Positions 1 to 8,480 of a DNA stretch of 64,000 nucleotides are shown one piece after another. Numbering within the stretch: position 1 is the stretch's first letter; each line of letters starts with the position of its first letter. Origin of the DNA: an uncultured Actinomycetes bacterium. Its GTDB lineage: Bacteria; Actinomycetota; Thermoleophilia; Gaiellales; JAICJC01. The stretch spans positions 541,164-605,163 of the forward strand of contig CAVSVU010000017.1 in the NCBI GenBank assembly GCA_963731515.1, read 5' to 3'. The notes under the pieces were generated by a model. The model did not search any database and had not been told where the DNA came from. It saw nothing but the letters and a program-made list of their open reading frames with translations. Made by a program: the position numbers and the translations under genes.

Positions 1-85
1 CGCGGCGGATGAGCGACGCGGCCAGCCCGCGCCGCGCCGTGGGCGCCGAGGCGGCCGTCCCCAGGAAGAGCACGCTCAGGTCCAT
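1..85 (-). CDS. ribonuclease Z-like MBL-fold hydrolase, 5' end only (gene continues past the left edge)
   Basis: Minus-strand ATG at 85-83 opens MDLSVLFLGTAASAPTARRGLAASLIRR. This fits the typical RNase Z N-terminus pattern (xLxFLGTxxxxPTxxR). Only 28 codons lie in the window. Confidence 0.4.
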   Translation of the reverse strand, partial: MDLSVLFLGTAASAPTARRGLAASLIRR

Positions 86-148
86 CGCGTGATTGTACGG
101 GCGGCCACCAGCCGCCGGTCTGCCGCAGATCGGCGCGCTCTGGATGTC

Positions 149-412
149 TCAGGCCGGCTCGGCGTCGCAGTACGAGTCGAGCGGCCGGTCGTCGGCCGGA
201 TCGCCCATCACCGCGCGGGCGCGGCGCAGGAACACGTCGAGCCGGAACGGCGGCGGCTCGTTGCCGTCGACGACCAGCCGGAGCAGCCGCAGCGGCGCCG
301 GTGCGGGCACGTCTGCCTCGACCGGCGCCCGCCGGGCCGCCCGCCACTCGTCCAGCGAGACCACCGTCGCCCCCGGCGCCGGCGCCAGCGCGATGTGCGG
401 GGCCGCGCTCAC
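149..412 (-). CDS. hypothetical protein (87 aa) immediately downstream of the LysM gene
   Basis: ORF track 149..412 with very high third-position GC. The GTG start overlaps the LysM stop in a GTGA junction (409-412), the coupling pattern seen all over this window. No domain recognised. Confidence 0.5.
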   Translation of the reverse strand: MSAAPHIALAPAPGATVVSLDEWRAARRAPVEADVPAPAPLRLLRLVVDGNEPPPFRLDVFLRRARAVMGDPADDRPLDSYCDAEPA

Positions 413-624
413 GGCAGCACCAGCACCTGGCCGGCGGCGATGCCGGCGTCGTGGAGGTCGTTCGCCTGCTCGATCCGGTAGACGGCGTCACGCGGGTCGG
501 ACGAGGGGTATGCCCGAAGCGCGATCGACCACAGCGTCTCCCCCGCCTGCACCGCATGATGGCGCGGATGGGAGGCTCCGCGGCTGCTCGGTGCGGCGTA
601 GCTCATGACCAGCGCGAGCAGCAC
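409..624 (-). CDS. small LysM (peptidoglycan-binding) domain protein; true start probably ATG at 679 across a +1 frame break
   Basis: HAVQAGETLWSIALRAY...IAAGQVLVLP is a LysM motif. In frame upstream is a TM-like RRLLTLLAASAVLLALV with no canonical start. ATG 679-677 reads MFASRR in the neighbouring frame, and 409..679 is 271 nt (1 mod 3). Confidence 0.7.
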   Translation of the reverse strand: MLLALVMSYAAPSSRGASHPRHHAVQAGETLWSIALRAYPSSDPRDAVYRIEQANDLHDAGIAAGQVLVLP

Positions 625-672
625 CGCGCTCGCGGCCAGGAGCGTCAGCAGGCGGCGGATGTCGACGTGAGG

Positions 673-686
673 CGAACATGTGTTCG
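673..686. promoter_or_regulatory. LexA (SOS) box, Cheo-type palindrome CGAACATGTGTTCG
   Basis: Matches the Gram-positive/actinobacterial LexA consensus CGAAC-N4-GTTCG exactly. It contains the candidate ATG of the LysM gene on the minus strand. Confidence 0.7.
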
Positions 687-696
687 ATGATGGTAG

Positions 697-710
697 CGAA
701 CAGGTGTTCG
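697..710. promoter_or_regulatory. second LexA (SOS) box CGAACAGGTGTTCG
   Basis: Second exact CGAAC-N4-GTTCG palindrome, 10 nt from the first, in the divergent LysM/folP intergenic region. Confidence 0.7.
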
Positions 711-766
711 GTTGTCAAGGACGGCTGTTCGGCGGCGTGCGGACAGGGCTCACGGCGCCCGTTAGG

Positions 767-1651
767 GTGGCGCCGTGCTCCGCCTCGCCCGCCGCAGCCT
801 GCCTCCTCGACGGCCCGCCGTGCATGATGGGCATCGTCAACGTGACGCCGGACTCGTTCTACGACCGCGGCGCCACGGCGGCGCCCGAGCCCGCCGTCGC
901 CCGCGGCGTCGAGCTCGTCCGCGCCGGGGCCGGCATCGTCGACGTCGGCGGGATGACCGCGCAGCCGGGACGCGCCCTCACCGAGGACGAGGAGATCGCC
1001 CGGATCGAGGGCGTCGTCACGGCGCTCCGCGCGCAGCTCGACGTGCCGATCTCGATCGACACCTACCGCGCCCGGGTGGCCGACGCGGCCCTGCGCGCCG
1101 GCGCCGACATCGTGAACGACCACACCGGGCTGTCCGATCCGGAGATGGCGGCCACGATCGCGGCCCACCGCGCCGGCCTCGTCGTCACCCACCTCTCCCT
1201 CGAGCCGAAGCAGGTGCAGGACCGCCGCCACGCCGTCTCGGTCGACGACATCGCGGACTTCCTCGTCACGCGCGCGGAGGCCGCCCGCGCCGCCGGGGTC
1301 GATGCCGCCTCGATCCTGGTCGATCCCGGCCTCGGGTTCGGGAAGGACACCGCGACCGACCTGCGCACGCTGGCCGAGCTCCCCCGCCTTGCCGACCTCG
1401 GCTATCCGCTCCTGCTGGCGCCGTCACACAAGGAGGTCACGGCCGAGCCGCTCGGGCTGGCCGAGTCGTCGCTGGAGGGCACGGCGGCGGTCGTCGCCGT
1501 CGCCGCCTACCTGGGCGCGGCGGTGCTGCGCGTCCACGACCTGCCGTTCATGGCGCACGTGGCCCGGATGGCGTGGCTGGTGCGGGATCAGGCCGCGGGC
1601 GCGACGAGCTCTTCGGCGAAGAACGAGGGCAGGAAGGCCCCGTCGCGGTAG
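767..1651 (+). CDS. folP: dihydropteroate synthase
   Basis: The ORF contains MGIVNVTPDSFYDRG...IVDVGG...ISIDT...IVNDHTG...DPGLGFGK, the DHPS signature blocks. The ORF opens at 680 inside the SOS boxes, so GTG 767 (or ATG 824) is the more plausible start. Confidence 0.85.
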   Translation: MAPCSASPAAACLLDGPPCMMGIVNVTPDSFYDRGATAAPEPAVARGVELVRAGAGIVDVGGMTAQPGRALTEDEEIARIEGVVTALRAQLDVPISIDTYRARVADAALRAGADIVNDHTGLSDPEMAATIAAHRAGLVVTHLSLEPKQVQDRRHAVSVDDIADFLVTRAEAARAAGVDAASILVDPGLGFGKDTATDLRTLAELPRLADLGYPLLLAPSHKEVTAEPLGLAESSLEGTAAVVAVAAYLGAAVLRVHDLPFMAHVARMAWLVRDQAAGATSSSAKNEGRKAPSR

Positions 1652-2728
1652 ATGACCTCGCCGTCGGCGTGGATCTCGCCGCCCGTGCGCAGGTCGCAGA
1701 CCATGTCCCAGTGCAGGCCGGAGCGGTTGACGCTGCCCGTGTCGGGATAGCCCGCGCCGAGCGCCATGTGGCACGTGCCGCCGATCTTCTCGTCGAAGAG
1801 GATCTGGCGGGTGAAGTCGGTGACCATGTAGTTCGTGCCGATCGCGAACTCGCCCAGGATCGAGGCGCCCGCGTCCATCGCCAGCATCTGCTTCAGGTAG
1901 TCGCCGCCCGCCGCCGCCTCCGAGTGCACCACGCGGCCGTCCTCGAAGCGCAGGCGCACGTCCTGCACCTCGCGGCCGCCCATGACGGCCGGGAACGAGA
2001 AGCGCACCTTCGCCCGAGGTCTCCGACTCGAGCGGCCCGGTGAAGATCTCGCCGTCGGGGAAGTTGCGCAGGCCCTGGGAGGCGACCCACGAGCGCCCGC
2101 CGACGCCGACGGTGAGGTCGGTGTCCTCGCCGACGACGCGCAGCGTCTGCATCTGGGCCATCTTGTCGGCCAGGGCCCGCAGCTTGACGGCGTACTCGCG
2201 CCAGGCCGCGGCCGGGTCGTCCAGATGCAGCCACCCGGCCCGGTAGACGAAGTCGGCGTAGGCGTCGATCGACATGTCGGCGTCCTGGGCGAAGGCGTCG
2301 CACGGGTACGCCGTGACGCACCAGCGCAGCTCGCCCGCGGCCGAGCGCTCCAGGAACCGGCCCATCAGCGGCTGGGCGGCGGCCGAACGGCGGGCCAGCT
2401 TGGCGGGGTCGATGCCCGAGAGCTCGCGCGTGTTCCAGGCGCCGATGATGGCGATGCGGGCGTCGATCGCCTCCATCTCCTCGAGCGTGGCCGGCGGCAG
2501 GTGGTCGAGCTGGGCGTCGCTCGCAGCCGCGAGGTAGGCCTCGTCCACGCCCTGCACCGACGCGCGCACGTGCGGGATCGCCCCCGCGGCCACCACCGCA
2601 CGGACGATCTCGACGATCAGGGGCTCGGCCAGCTCCGGCCCCTGGATCATGACGACGTCGCCCTCCTGCACGCCGGTGGAGTAGTTGACGACCACGTCGG
2701 CCAGCCGGCGCACGCGGGGGTCGGTCAC
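1588..2728 (-). CDS. aminopeptidase, M29 (AmpS/aminopeptidase T) family, copy 1, interrupted by a +1 frame break near 2013
   Basis: N-part VTDPRVRRLADVVVNYSTGV...GEIFTGPLESETSG lies in one frame and C-part KVRFSFPAVMGG...GGTCHMALG...GLHWDMVCDL in another. It is a paralog of the intact gene at 2725..3825. Span is 1141 nt (1 mod 3). GTG start forms a GTGA overlap with the upstream stop. Confidence 0.8.
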
Positions 2729-3825
2729 AGGAACTGCCCGTCGCGGTAGATGACCTCGCCGTCGGCGTGCACCTCGCCGCCCGTGCGCAGGTCGCAGACC
2801 ATGTCCCAGTGCAGGCCGGAGCGGTTGCTGCCACCGGCCTCCGGGAACGCCATGCCGAGGGCGACGTGGCACGTGCCGCCGATCTTCTCGTCGAAGAGCG
2901 TGTCGCGTGTGCCCGTGCGGATCTCCTCGTTCATGCCGAACGCCACCTCGCCCAGGTAGCGGGCGCCCTCGTCCATGTCGAGCATCTGGCTGAGGAAGCG
3001 GCCGCCCTTGGTGGCCTCCTCGCGCACGACCTTGCCCCCCTCGAACCACAGCCGGACGCCGGCGACGTCGTTGCCGTTGTACGGGGCGTCGAGGCTGAAG
3101 GCGATGTGGCCCTTCGTGGCCGCCTCGACGGGGCTCGTGTAGACCTCGCCGTCGGGGAAGTTCTGGTGGCCGTCGGCGTTCATCCACTTGCGGTCGGAGA
3201 CGTCGATCGTGAGGTCGGTGTCCTCGCCGACGATGCGCAGCTGCCGCACCTGCTCGAGCCGCTTGGCGATCCCGTCCTGGCGCTCGGACTGCGCCCGCCA
3301 GAACGCGATCGGGTCGGGATCCTCGAGGTGCCCCGCCGAGTAGACGAAGTCCTCCCACTCGGTCAGCGACATCCCCGCCTCCTGCGCCGCGGCGTCGCAC
3401 GGGAACGCCGTGCCGCACCAGCGCACCTCGCCCTCGGCCTCGCGCTCGAAGAAGCGTTCGAAGAGCTCACGGGTGGCCGCCGACCGGATCGCCTGCCGGT
3501 CGGGGCCGATGCCGCTGGCATAGCGGTTGTTGCGCTGCGCCCAGATGCTGAGCGCGCGGGTCGGCGTCTCGATCTCGATCCGGTCGAGCTTCGTGACCGT
3601 GCGCAGCTGCTCGTCGCTCGCCTCGGACAGGAAGGCCGCCTGGGCGCGCTCGAGCCGCGGCCGCACCATCGGGTGGCCGCCCAGCTCGGTGACCGTGCGC
3701 ACCACCTCGACGAACAGCGGCTGCGCCAGCGCCGGCCCGTCGATCAGGACGGTGTCACCCTCGCCGACCTCGAGCGAGTAGCGGCACAGCAGGTCCGCCA
3801 GCGTGGTCAGTCGGGGGTCGCGCAC
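2725..3825 (-). CDS. aminopeptidase, M29 (AmpS/aminopeptidase T) family, copy 2 (intact)
   Basis: 366-aa ORF with the M29 hallmarks FPDGEVYTSP, FDEKIGGTCHVALG and GLHWDMVCDLR. Confidence 0.85.
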   Translation of the reverse strand: MRDPRLTTLADLLCRYSLEVGEGDTVLIDGPALAQPLFVEVVRTVTELGGHPMVRPRLERAQAAFLSEASDEQLRTVTKLDRIEIETPTRALSIWAQRNNRYASGIGPDRQAIRSAATRELFERFFEREAEGEVRWCGTAFPCDAAAQEAGMSLTEWEDFVYSAGHLEDPDPIAFWRAQSERQDGIAKRLEQVRQLRIVGEDTDLTIDVSDRKWMNADGHQNFPDGEVYTSPVEAATKGHIAFSLDAPYNGNDVAGVRLWFEGGKVVREEATKGGRFLSQMLDMDEGARYLGEVAFGMNEEIRTGTRDTLFDEKIGGTCHVALGMAFPEAGGSNRSGLHWDMVCDLRTGGEVHADGEVIYRDGQFL

Positions 3826-3877
3826 CGGGGCGGGATACTAGCCACGGTTCGCTTCGGGTGGTGAATGTCCGGAGAAC

Positions 3878-4924
3878 TCAGCGGGACGAGAGCACGGCGT
3901 CCAGGATCCGCCCGGCCCCGAACCGCACCGGATCGTCCGCCACGAGGCCGGTATCGCGCTCGGTCTGGGCGATGGCGGCGCGGGCCGCCTCCTCGTCGAT
4001 CCGGTTCGTCTTCAGGGCCACCGCGACGACGGGGGCCGGGCGCACGTGCCGCGCCATCCGCACCTGGTCGTCGATCAGCTCGGCCAGGTCGCGGATGGGA
4101 TAGCGGGGGTCGCCGTCGATCAGCTCGCGGCCGGGCTCGTGCACGAACACCATGGCGTGCGGCGCGGAGCCGTGCAGGAGGCCGAGCGTGACGCCCGAGT
4201 AGAACGGGTGGTTGAGCGACCCCTGGCCCTCGATCCAGAGAATGGCGCCGTCGCCGCCGCGGGCGTGGCCCTCGACGACGAGCTGCTCCGCCGCGCCGGC
4301 GACGAAGTCGGAGACGACCTGGTCGACGGCGATCCCCCAGCCGGCGATCGCGATGCCCGTCTGGCCGGTCGGCACGAAGACCGAGCCGAGGCCGCGGCGG
4401 CGCGTCTCGCGGTCGAGCTCGAGGCACACGGTCATCTTCCCGAGGGCGCAGTCCGACCCGACCGTGAGGACGACGTGCGCCTTCGTCTCCAGGTTCGCCC
4501 CGGTCGGGACGTCAAGGCCGTCGGGCACCTTGCGCAGATCGCGCACCGAGACGCCCTTGCTCGCGGCGGCGCCCGCGATCTCGGCATCGTCGGAGAGGAA
4601 CTCGTGCAGGCCGCTCTCGACGTCGAGCCCGAGCTCGATCGAGCGCAGGATGCTGCGCCGGAAGACCGGCGGCAGGTGGCCGCCCGCGGGCGCGACGCCG
4701 ACCAGGAGGGTCGTCGGCCCGAGCGCCATGGCGGCATCGATGTCGGCCACGACCGGGACGTCCGACTCGAGCCCCGGCACGTGCTCGGACGCCGACGTGC
4801 CGGCGCGGCTCGAGTCGACCACGGCGACAGTGGGCGGCTCGGCGTAGCGCATCACGCCGGTGGCCGTCTTCGCGTCCTCGTCGAAGCACCCCTCGGCGAG
4901 GACGGCGTACCGCTTGGTGCTCAC
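3878..4924 (-). CDS. DUF1611 family protein (DgcN-like putative N-acetyltransferase)
   Basis: This is the C-terminal part of the long 3878..6736 ORF. VSTKRYAVLAEG...VGSDCALGKMTV...GQGSLNHPFYSGVTLGLLHG matches DUF1611 as I recall it. GTG 4924 forms a GTGA overlap with the epimerase stop. Confidence 0.7.
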   Translation of the reverse strand: MSTKRYAVLAEGCFDEDAKTATGVMRYAEPPTVAVVDSSRAGTSASEHVPGLESDVPVVADIDAAMALGPTTLLVGVAPAGGHLPPVFRRSILRSIELGLDVESGLHEFLSDDAEIAGAAASKGVSVRDLRKVPDGLDVPTGANLETKAHVVLTVGSDCALGKMTVCLELDRETRRRGLGSVFVPTGQTGIAIAGWGIAVDQVVSDFVAGAAEQLVVEGHARGGDGAILWIEGQGSLNHPFYSGVTLGLLHGSAPHAMVFVHEPGRELIDGDPRYPIRDLAELIDDQVRMARHVRPAPVVAVALKTNRIDEEAARAAIAQTERDTGLVADDPVRFGAGRILDAVLSSR

Positions 4925-5949
4925 GGCCACGGCTCCAGCGGCGTCACGCCGAGCCCGGGCCCGTCGCCGGGCACGACCCGGCCGTCCACGAGCCGGAGGC
5001 CGGTGTGGCTGTCGTTCTTGTTCAGCAGGTGGCCGTCGAGGTCGACGACGTCGACGAGCGGCGAGATCTGCGCCGCCTGGGCGATCCCGAGCGACGACTC
5101 GTTCATGCAGCCCAGCATCACCCTGAGGCCGAGGCCGCGGGCGGCGTGGATCATGCGCACGGCCTCGCGGATGCCGCCCGACTTCGTGAGCTTGATGTTC
5201 ACGCCGTCGGCGATCTCGGCGCAGCTGGCCACGTCGGGGAGCGTGTGGCAGCTCTCGTCGAGGACGATCGGGATCGAGAGCGAGCTGTCGTGCAGGCGGC
5301 AGTAGCCGGAGCGCTCCCTCGCCGGCAGCGGCTGCTCGATCAGCTCCACGCCGAGCGCCTCGAGCTCGGGCACCAGCTCGACCGTCGAGTGCACCGTCCA
5401 GGCCTCGTTCGCGTCGACCCGGATCAGCGAGTCGGGCGCCTCCGCGCGAACCGTGCGCACACGCTCCAGGTCGGCCGGCCCGCCGACCTTGATCTTGAGC
5501 GCGTGGTAGGCCGATGCGGCGGCGGCCCGCCGGGCCGTGCCCTCCACCGTGTCGATCGAGATCGTGTAGCTGGTCGGCGGCGGGGCCGGATCGAGGCCGA
5601 GGATGCGCCAGAGCGGCTGGCCGCAGATCTTCCCCAGCAGGTCGTGCAGCGCCCCGTCGACGGCGCACTTGGCGGCCATCTCGCCGGGGATCTCGCCGAC
5701 GCGGCCGAGGATCGCCCCGATCGCGAGCGGGTCGTCGCCGAGGAGGGGCTCGACCCGGCCGAGGAAGCCCATCGCGCTCTCGATCGACTCGTCGTAGTGG
5801 TTGTCGGGCGCGCCCTCGCCGTAGCCGACGAGGTCGCCGTGGCGGATCGCGACCTGCACGACCTCGGAGCTCGTGTCGGCGCTGCGGGAGATGACGAACG
5901 GCTCGGAGTATTCGAGCTCGAATACGCGGCAGGAGAGCTCCACGCGCAC
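4921..5949 (-). CDS. dipeptide epimerase / N-acyl amino acid racemase (enolase superfamily, MR/MLE branch)
   Basis: 342-aa ORF with KIKVG, RVDANEAW, LIEQPLP, VLDES and NIKLTKSGG blocks typical of L-Ala-D/L-Glu epimerase-like enzymes. Confidence 0.8.
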   Translation of the reverse strand: MRVELSCRVFELEYSEPFVISRSADTSSEVVQVAIRHGDLVGYGEGAPDNHYDESIESAMGFLGRVEPLLGDDPLAIGAILGRVGEIPGEMAAKCAVDGALHDLLGKICGQPLWRILGLDPAPPPTSYTISIDTVEGTARRAAAASAYHALKIKVGGPADLERVRTVRAEAPDSLIRVDANEAWTVHSTVELVPELEALGVELIEQPLPARERSGYCRLHDSSLSIPIVLDESCHTLPDVASCAEIADGVNIKLTKSGGIREAVRMIHAARGLGLRVMLGCMNESSLGIAQAAQISPLVDVVDLDGHLLNKNDSHTGLRLVDGRVVPGDGPGLGVTPLEPWP

Positions 5950-5987
5950 CAGCGTATCCGACCTGCGGGCTCTGCGATGATGGGTGG

Positions 5988-6614
5988 ATGGCGGCCGCGA
6001 TCCGAGACGTCGCCGAGGGGCTGTGGGCCTGGCGGGTGGACCATCCGGACTGGCACCCGGGGGCCGGCTGGCCGCGCGCCGTCACCTCCACGTGCGTCGA
6101 CTCGGGCGGGGTCGTGACGGTCGTCGATCCGCTCGATCCCGGCGCGGACGCCGGTGAGGTCTGGGCGCGGCTGGACGCACGGCCGCCGAGCGCCGCGGCG
6201 ATCCTGAAGCCCGACCACGTCCGCGACGTCGACCTGTTCGTGCGCCGGTACGGCGTGCGCGGGTACGGGCCGTACCTGTTCTGGCGCGGGAACATCCCCG
6301 AGGCCGAGCTGGAAGGGATCGAGCCCGGCAGCGAGCTGCCCGGAGGGCTCGTCGCGCTCCACGACGGGCGCGGGCGCAACGAGACGCCGCTGTGGCTGCC
6401 CGAGCAGCGGGCGCTCGTGTTCGCCGATGCCCTGACCGAGCGCGGCGGCGAGCTGCTCGTCTGGGGCACGCCGTGGCACGAGGAGCGGGTGCTCCCGGCC
6501 CTCCGGGCGATGCTCGAGCTGCCCTTCGAGCACGTGATCGTCTCGCACGGCGAGCCGGTGCACGACCGGGCCGCCTTCGAGCGCGCGCTGACGCTGCCGC
6601 CGTTCACCGAGTGA
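5988..6614 (+). CDS. MBL-fold metallo-hydrolase-like protein
   Basis: 208-aa ORF divergent from the epimerase operon. Layout resembles short MBL-fold proteins (AILKPDHVRDV..., VIVSHGEPV). Assignment is weak. Confidence 0.45.
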   Translation: MAAAIRDVAEGLWAWRVDHPDWHPGAGWPRAVTSTCVDSGGVVTVVDPLDPGADAGEVWARLDARPPSAAAILKPDHVRDVDLFVRRYGVRGYGPYLFWRGNIPEAELEGIEPGSELPGGLVALHDGRGRNETPLWLPEQRALVFADALTERGGELLVWGTPWHEERVLPALRAMLELPFEHVIVSHGEPVHDRAAFERALTLPPFTE

Positions 6615-6622
6615 CGACCCGG

Positions 6623-6628
6623 TAGAAT
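6623..6628 (+). promoter_or_regulatory. -10 box TAGAAT upstream of tRNA-Arg
   Basis: GGTAGAAT lies 15 nt upstream of the tRNA 5' end. The same GTAGAAT heptamer recurs at 18074-18080 and 39053-39059 just upstream of genes. Confidence 0.4.
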
Positions 6629-6643
6629 CCGCCCCCTGCAGAC

Positions 6644-6716
6644 GCGCCTGTAGCTCAGGGGATAGAGCGTGCGCCTCCGGAGCGCAAGGCCGTAGGTTCG
6701 ATTCCTACCAGGCGCA
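6644..6716 (+). tRNA. tRNA-Arg (anticodon CCG)
   Basis: Hand-folded cloverleaf: acceptor GCGCCTG/CAGGCGC, D stem GCTC/GAGC, anticodon stem TGCGC/GCGCA with loop CTCCGGA, variable AGGCC, T arm GTAGG-TTCGATT-CCTAC, discriminator A. Length 73 nt, no encoded CCA. Confidence 0.93.
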
Positions 6717-6721
6717 TATAT

Positions 6722-6881
6722 CTCTGCCCGCCTCATCGTCGCTCAAATGTGCTCGGCCAGGCAGGATCGGCTCGGGTAGGCCACAAACGGCACCTCGCCC
6801 GCTCTGGCCGCCTTATCGTCGCTCAAATGTGCTCGGCCAGGCGGGATCGGCTCGGTTAGGCGACAAACGGCACCTCGCCCG
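6722..6881. repeat. tandem direct repeat, 2 units of 80 bp (about 92% identical)
   Basis: Unit 1 (6722-6801) and unit 2 (6802-6881) align base for base with about 6 mismatches (ATCGTCGCTCAAATGTGCTCGGCCAGGC.GGATCGGCTCGG.TAGGC.ACAAACGGCACCTCGCCCG). The repeat starts 5 nt after the tRNA. Confidence 0.9.
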
Positions 6882-7141
6882 ATGGATGCCGGCTTGCCGG
6901 AGGGCGAGCCGGCATCCGGTGGATCGCCGACCCCGACGCCGACACCCTCAAACTCCGAGCCGGCGACCACGCCCTCATCATCGAGCGGTGTGAGTACCGC
7001 ATCGACCGCACCACCGGCGTGGTCGAGGTGCGCGACTACACCGACCCGCGCTCGATGCGCTACCAACGCTCTGACCCGCGCCGGCCGGGGCAACCCTTTT
7101 TCTCGCCCTCGTCCGACCTCGACGGCGGCGAGGTCGCCTAG
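6860..7141 (+). other. possible small coding region without canonical start (IRWIADPDADTLKLRAGDHALIIERCEYRIDRTTGVVEVRDYTDPRSMRYQRSD...)
   Basis: The frame is open from 6860 to TAG 7139-7141 with high GC3 and a protein-like residue mix. It has no ATG/GTG/TTG. ATG 6882 lies in another frame. May be a frame-broken or truncated gene. Confidence 0.3.
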
Positions 7142-7358
7142 CCGTGGCCGAGGGTCGCTGCGCGTCTCCCCGTACGCGTACACGATCACAATGGGTAATA
7201 CCACCCATCCGTTCGGTTCCGCTCAAGTTACTGGCCCTTTTGTTCGAATGGAAGCGAGGCGAGTTGATTTGAGTTGAAGTAGGTAGTGGAGGACTCCGGC
7301 TCGGCTGCCCGGCACCGATGAGCCAGGCCAACACCCACGAGCCCAGGAGGGCAACTCC

Positions 7359-8480
7359 ATGAAACGCCGCATCACCCTCATCACCGCCGCGGTGGTCGCC
7401 GCTTGCGCGGTGCTCCCATCGGTCGCCTCGGCGGCCACCACCTCGACGCTCACCGCCTCGCCGGCCTCGGTCGACTTCGGCACCAGGTCGACCACCGCAC
7501 CCACCGGCCACTCGGCCACCGTGACCAACACCGGTCACCAACCCGGTGCGCTCACCACCGCTCACCTCCGACCCGGCGGCGGTCGCCATGCCGTTCACCA
7601 CGTGCGTGACACCTGCTCGGGCCGCCTCATCGCCGGCCGGCGCGACCTGCAAGCTTCGGGGTCTACGTTCGACGCCGGTTGGGCTCGGCTACGGGCCATA
7701 TGCACGGTGCCCTCACCATGCACCGGCACCGATTGACCGTGACCGCCGAGCGACACGGCCTACGTCAGCGTGCCCCTCACCGGCACGGCGGTCGACCGCC
7801 CTGCCGGTCATGCACCTCGCGTCGAGCGCGGTGAGCCGGGCGAGCTTCTACCCGCTCGTGCAAGACCGCTACCTCGACGTGACCCGCTACTCGGCGAGCT
7901 TCACCGAGCCGGCCACCGGCAAGGTGCAGGTGCTCAACTCGGTCGGCCGCGTGGTCAAGGCCTGGCCGTTCACCAACTCGCACCTCGGTCGCCGAGGATT
8001 GGCGCGGCCGCTCGACGCTCGGCACCAAGGTCAAGCCGGGCACCTACCGCTTCCGGGTCATCGCTCACGGCGTCGCCGGCACGAGCACCGGCTCGGTCTC
8101 GGGCGGCATCCGCTCGACGGTGGTACGCACCGGATGGCGAGCCGTGCATCACGCCATCGACCGCACCGGCGTCAACACCACGAGCCGGCACCGCTCGCTC
8201 ATCGTGCTTCTTCGACACGTGGGACTGGCCGACGCTTGAGCTTGACTCGTGGGGCGGCACCTGCACCGCCACGTGGCGGGTCGGCGTGCCGAACAACGCC
8301 TACGGGGTGAGCTACTCGATGCGCGCCAACCGCGACGCCGGGGCCGACCTACATGGCCCGAAGACCCACACCGCGGTGCGCACCTCTTGGGGCGTGCTCT
8401 TCACCGCCTCGACCGGCGATTGGGCCGCGCTCGACGTGCACGGGGTGCATGTCGGCTACTGGACCAAGCACCGCATCTAG
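7359..8480 (+). pseudogene. secreted Ig-like repeat protein (ASH/HYDIN-like plus FlgD-Ig-like domains), at least 5 frame breaks
   Basis: A good RBS (CAGGAGGG) precedes ATG 7359 with signal peptide MKRRITLITAAVVAACAVLPSVASA. Coding signal then moves between frames: VPLTGTAV (frame 0), SFYPLVQDRYLDVTRYSASFTEPATGKVQVLNSVGRVVKAW (frame 1), WRGRSTLGTKVKPGTYRFRVIAHG (frame 2), FFDTWDWPTLELDSWGG...YWTKHRI (frame 0). Confidence 0.7.

Noticed and set aside
680-766. folP starting at 680 and being the SOS-regulated gene
   Set aside because: The first 29 codons have no DHPS counterpart and overlap both LexA boxes. The boxes are better positioned for the divergent LysM gene. folP is more likely to start at 767 or 824.
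1588-1651. 64-nt convergent overlap of folP and the aminopeptidase (and a similar 63-nt overlap at 44291-44353)
   Set aside because: Probably simple 3' overlaps or slightly over-extended ORF ends in stop-poor DNA. There is no evidence of anything functional.
3878-6736. 952-aa minus-strand ORF, the longest in this region
   Set aside because: Only its last about 348 codons (DUF1611) look like protein. The remainder is Arg/Pro/Gly-rich low-complexity read-through antisense or out of frame to the epimerase, the MBL gene and tRNA-Arg. It is an artefact of stop-codon scarcity at this GC content.
6743-7204. 153-aa minus-strand ORF spanning the 80-bp tandem repeats
   Set aside because: Its translation is partly a repeat artefact and low-complexity. 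The plus-strand frame 6860-7141 looks more protein-like.
7315-7355. CCGAUGAGCCAGGCCAACACCC... copy of the hammerhead 3' module in front of ATG 7359
   Set aside because: U4 is replaced (CCGAUGA). No GAAA or GUC partner and no stem I or III can be drawn upstream. I treat it as a related leader or repeat fragment, not a ribozyme.
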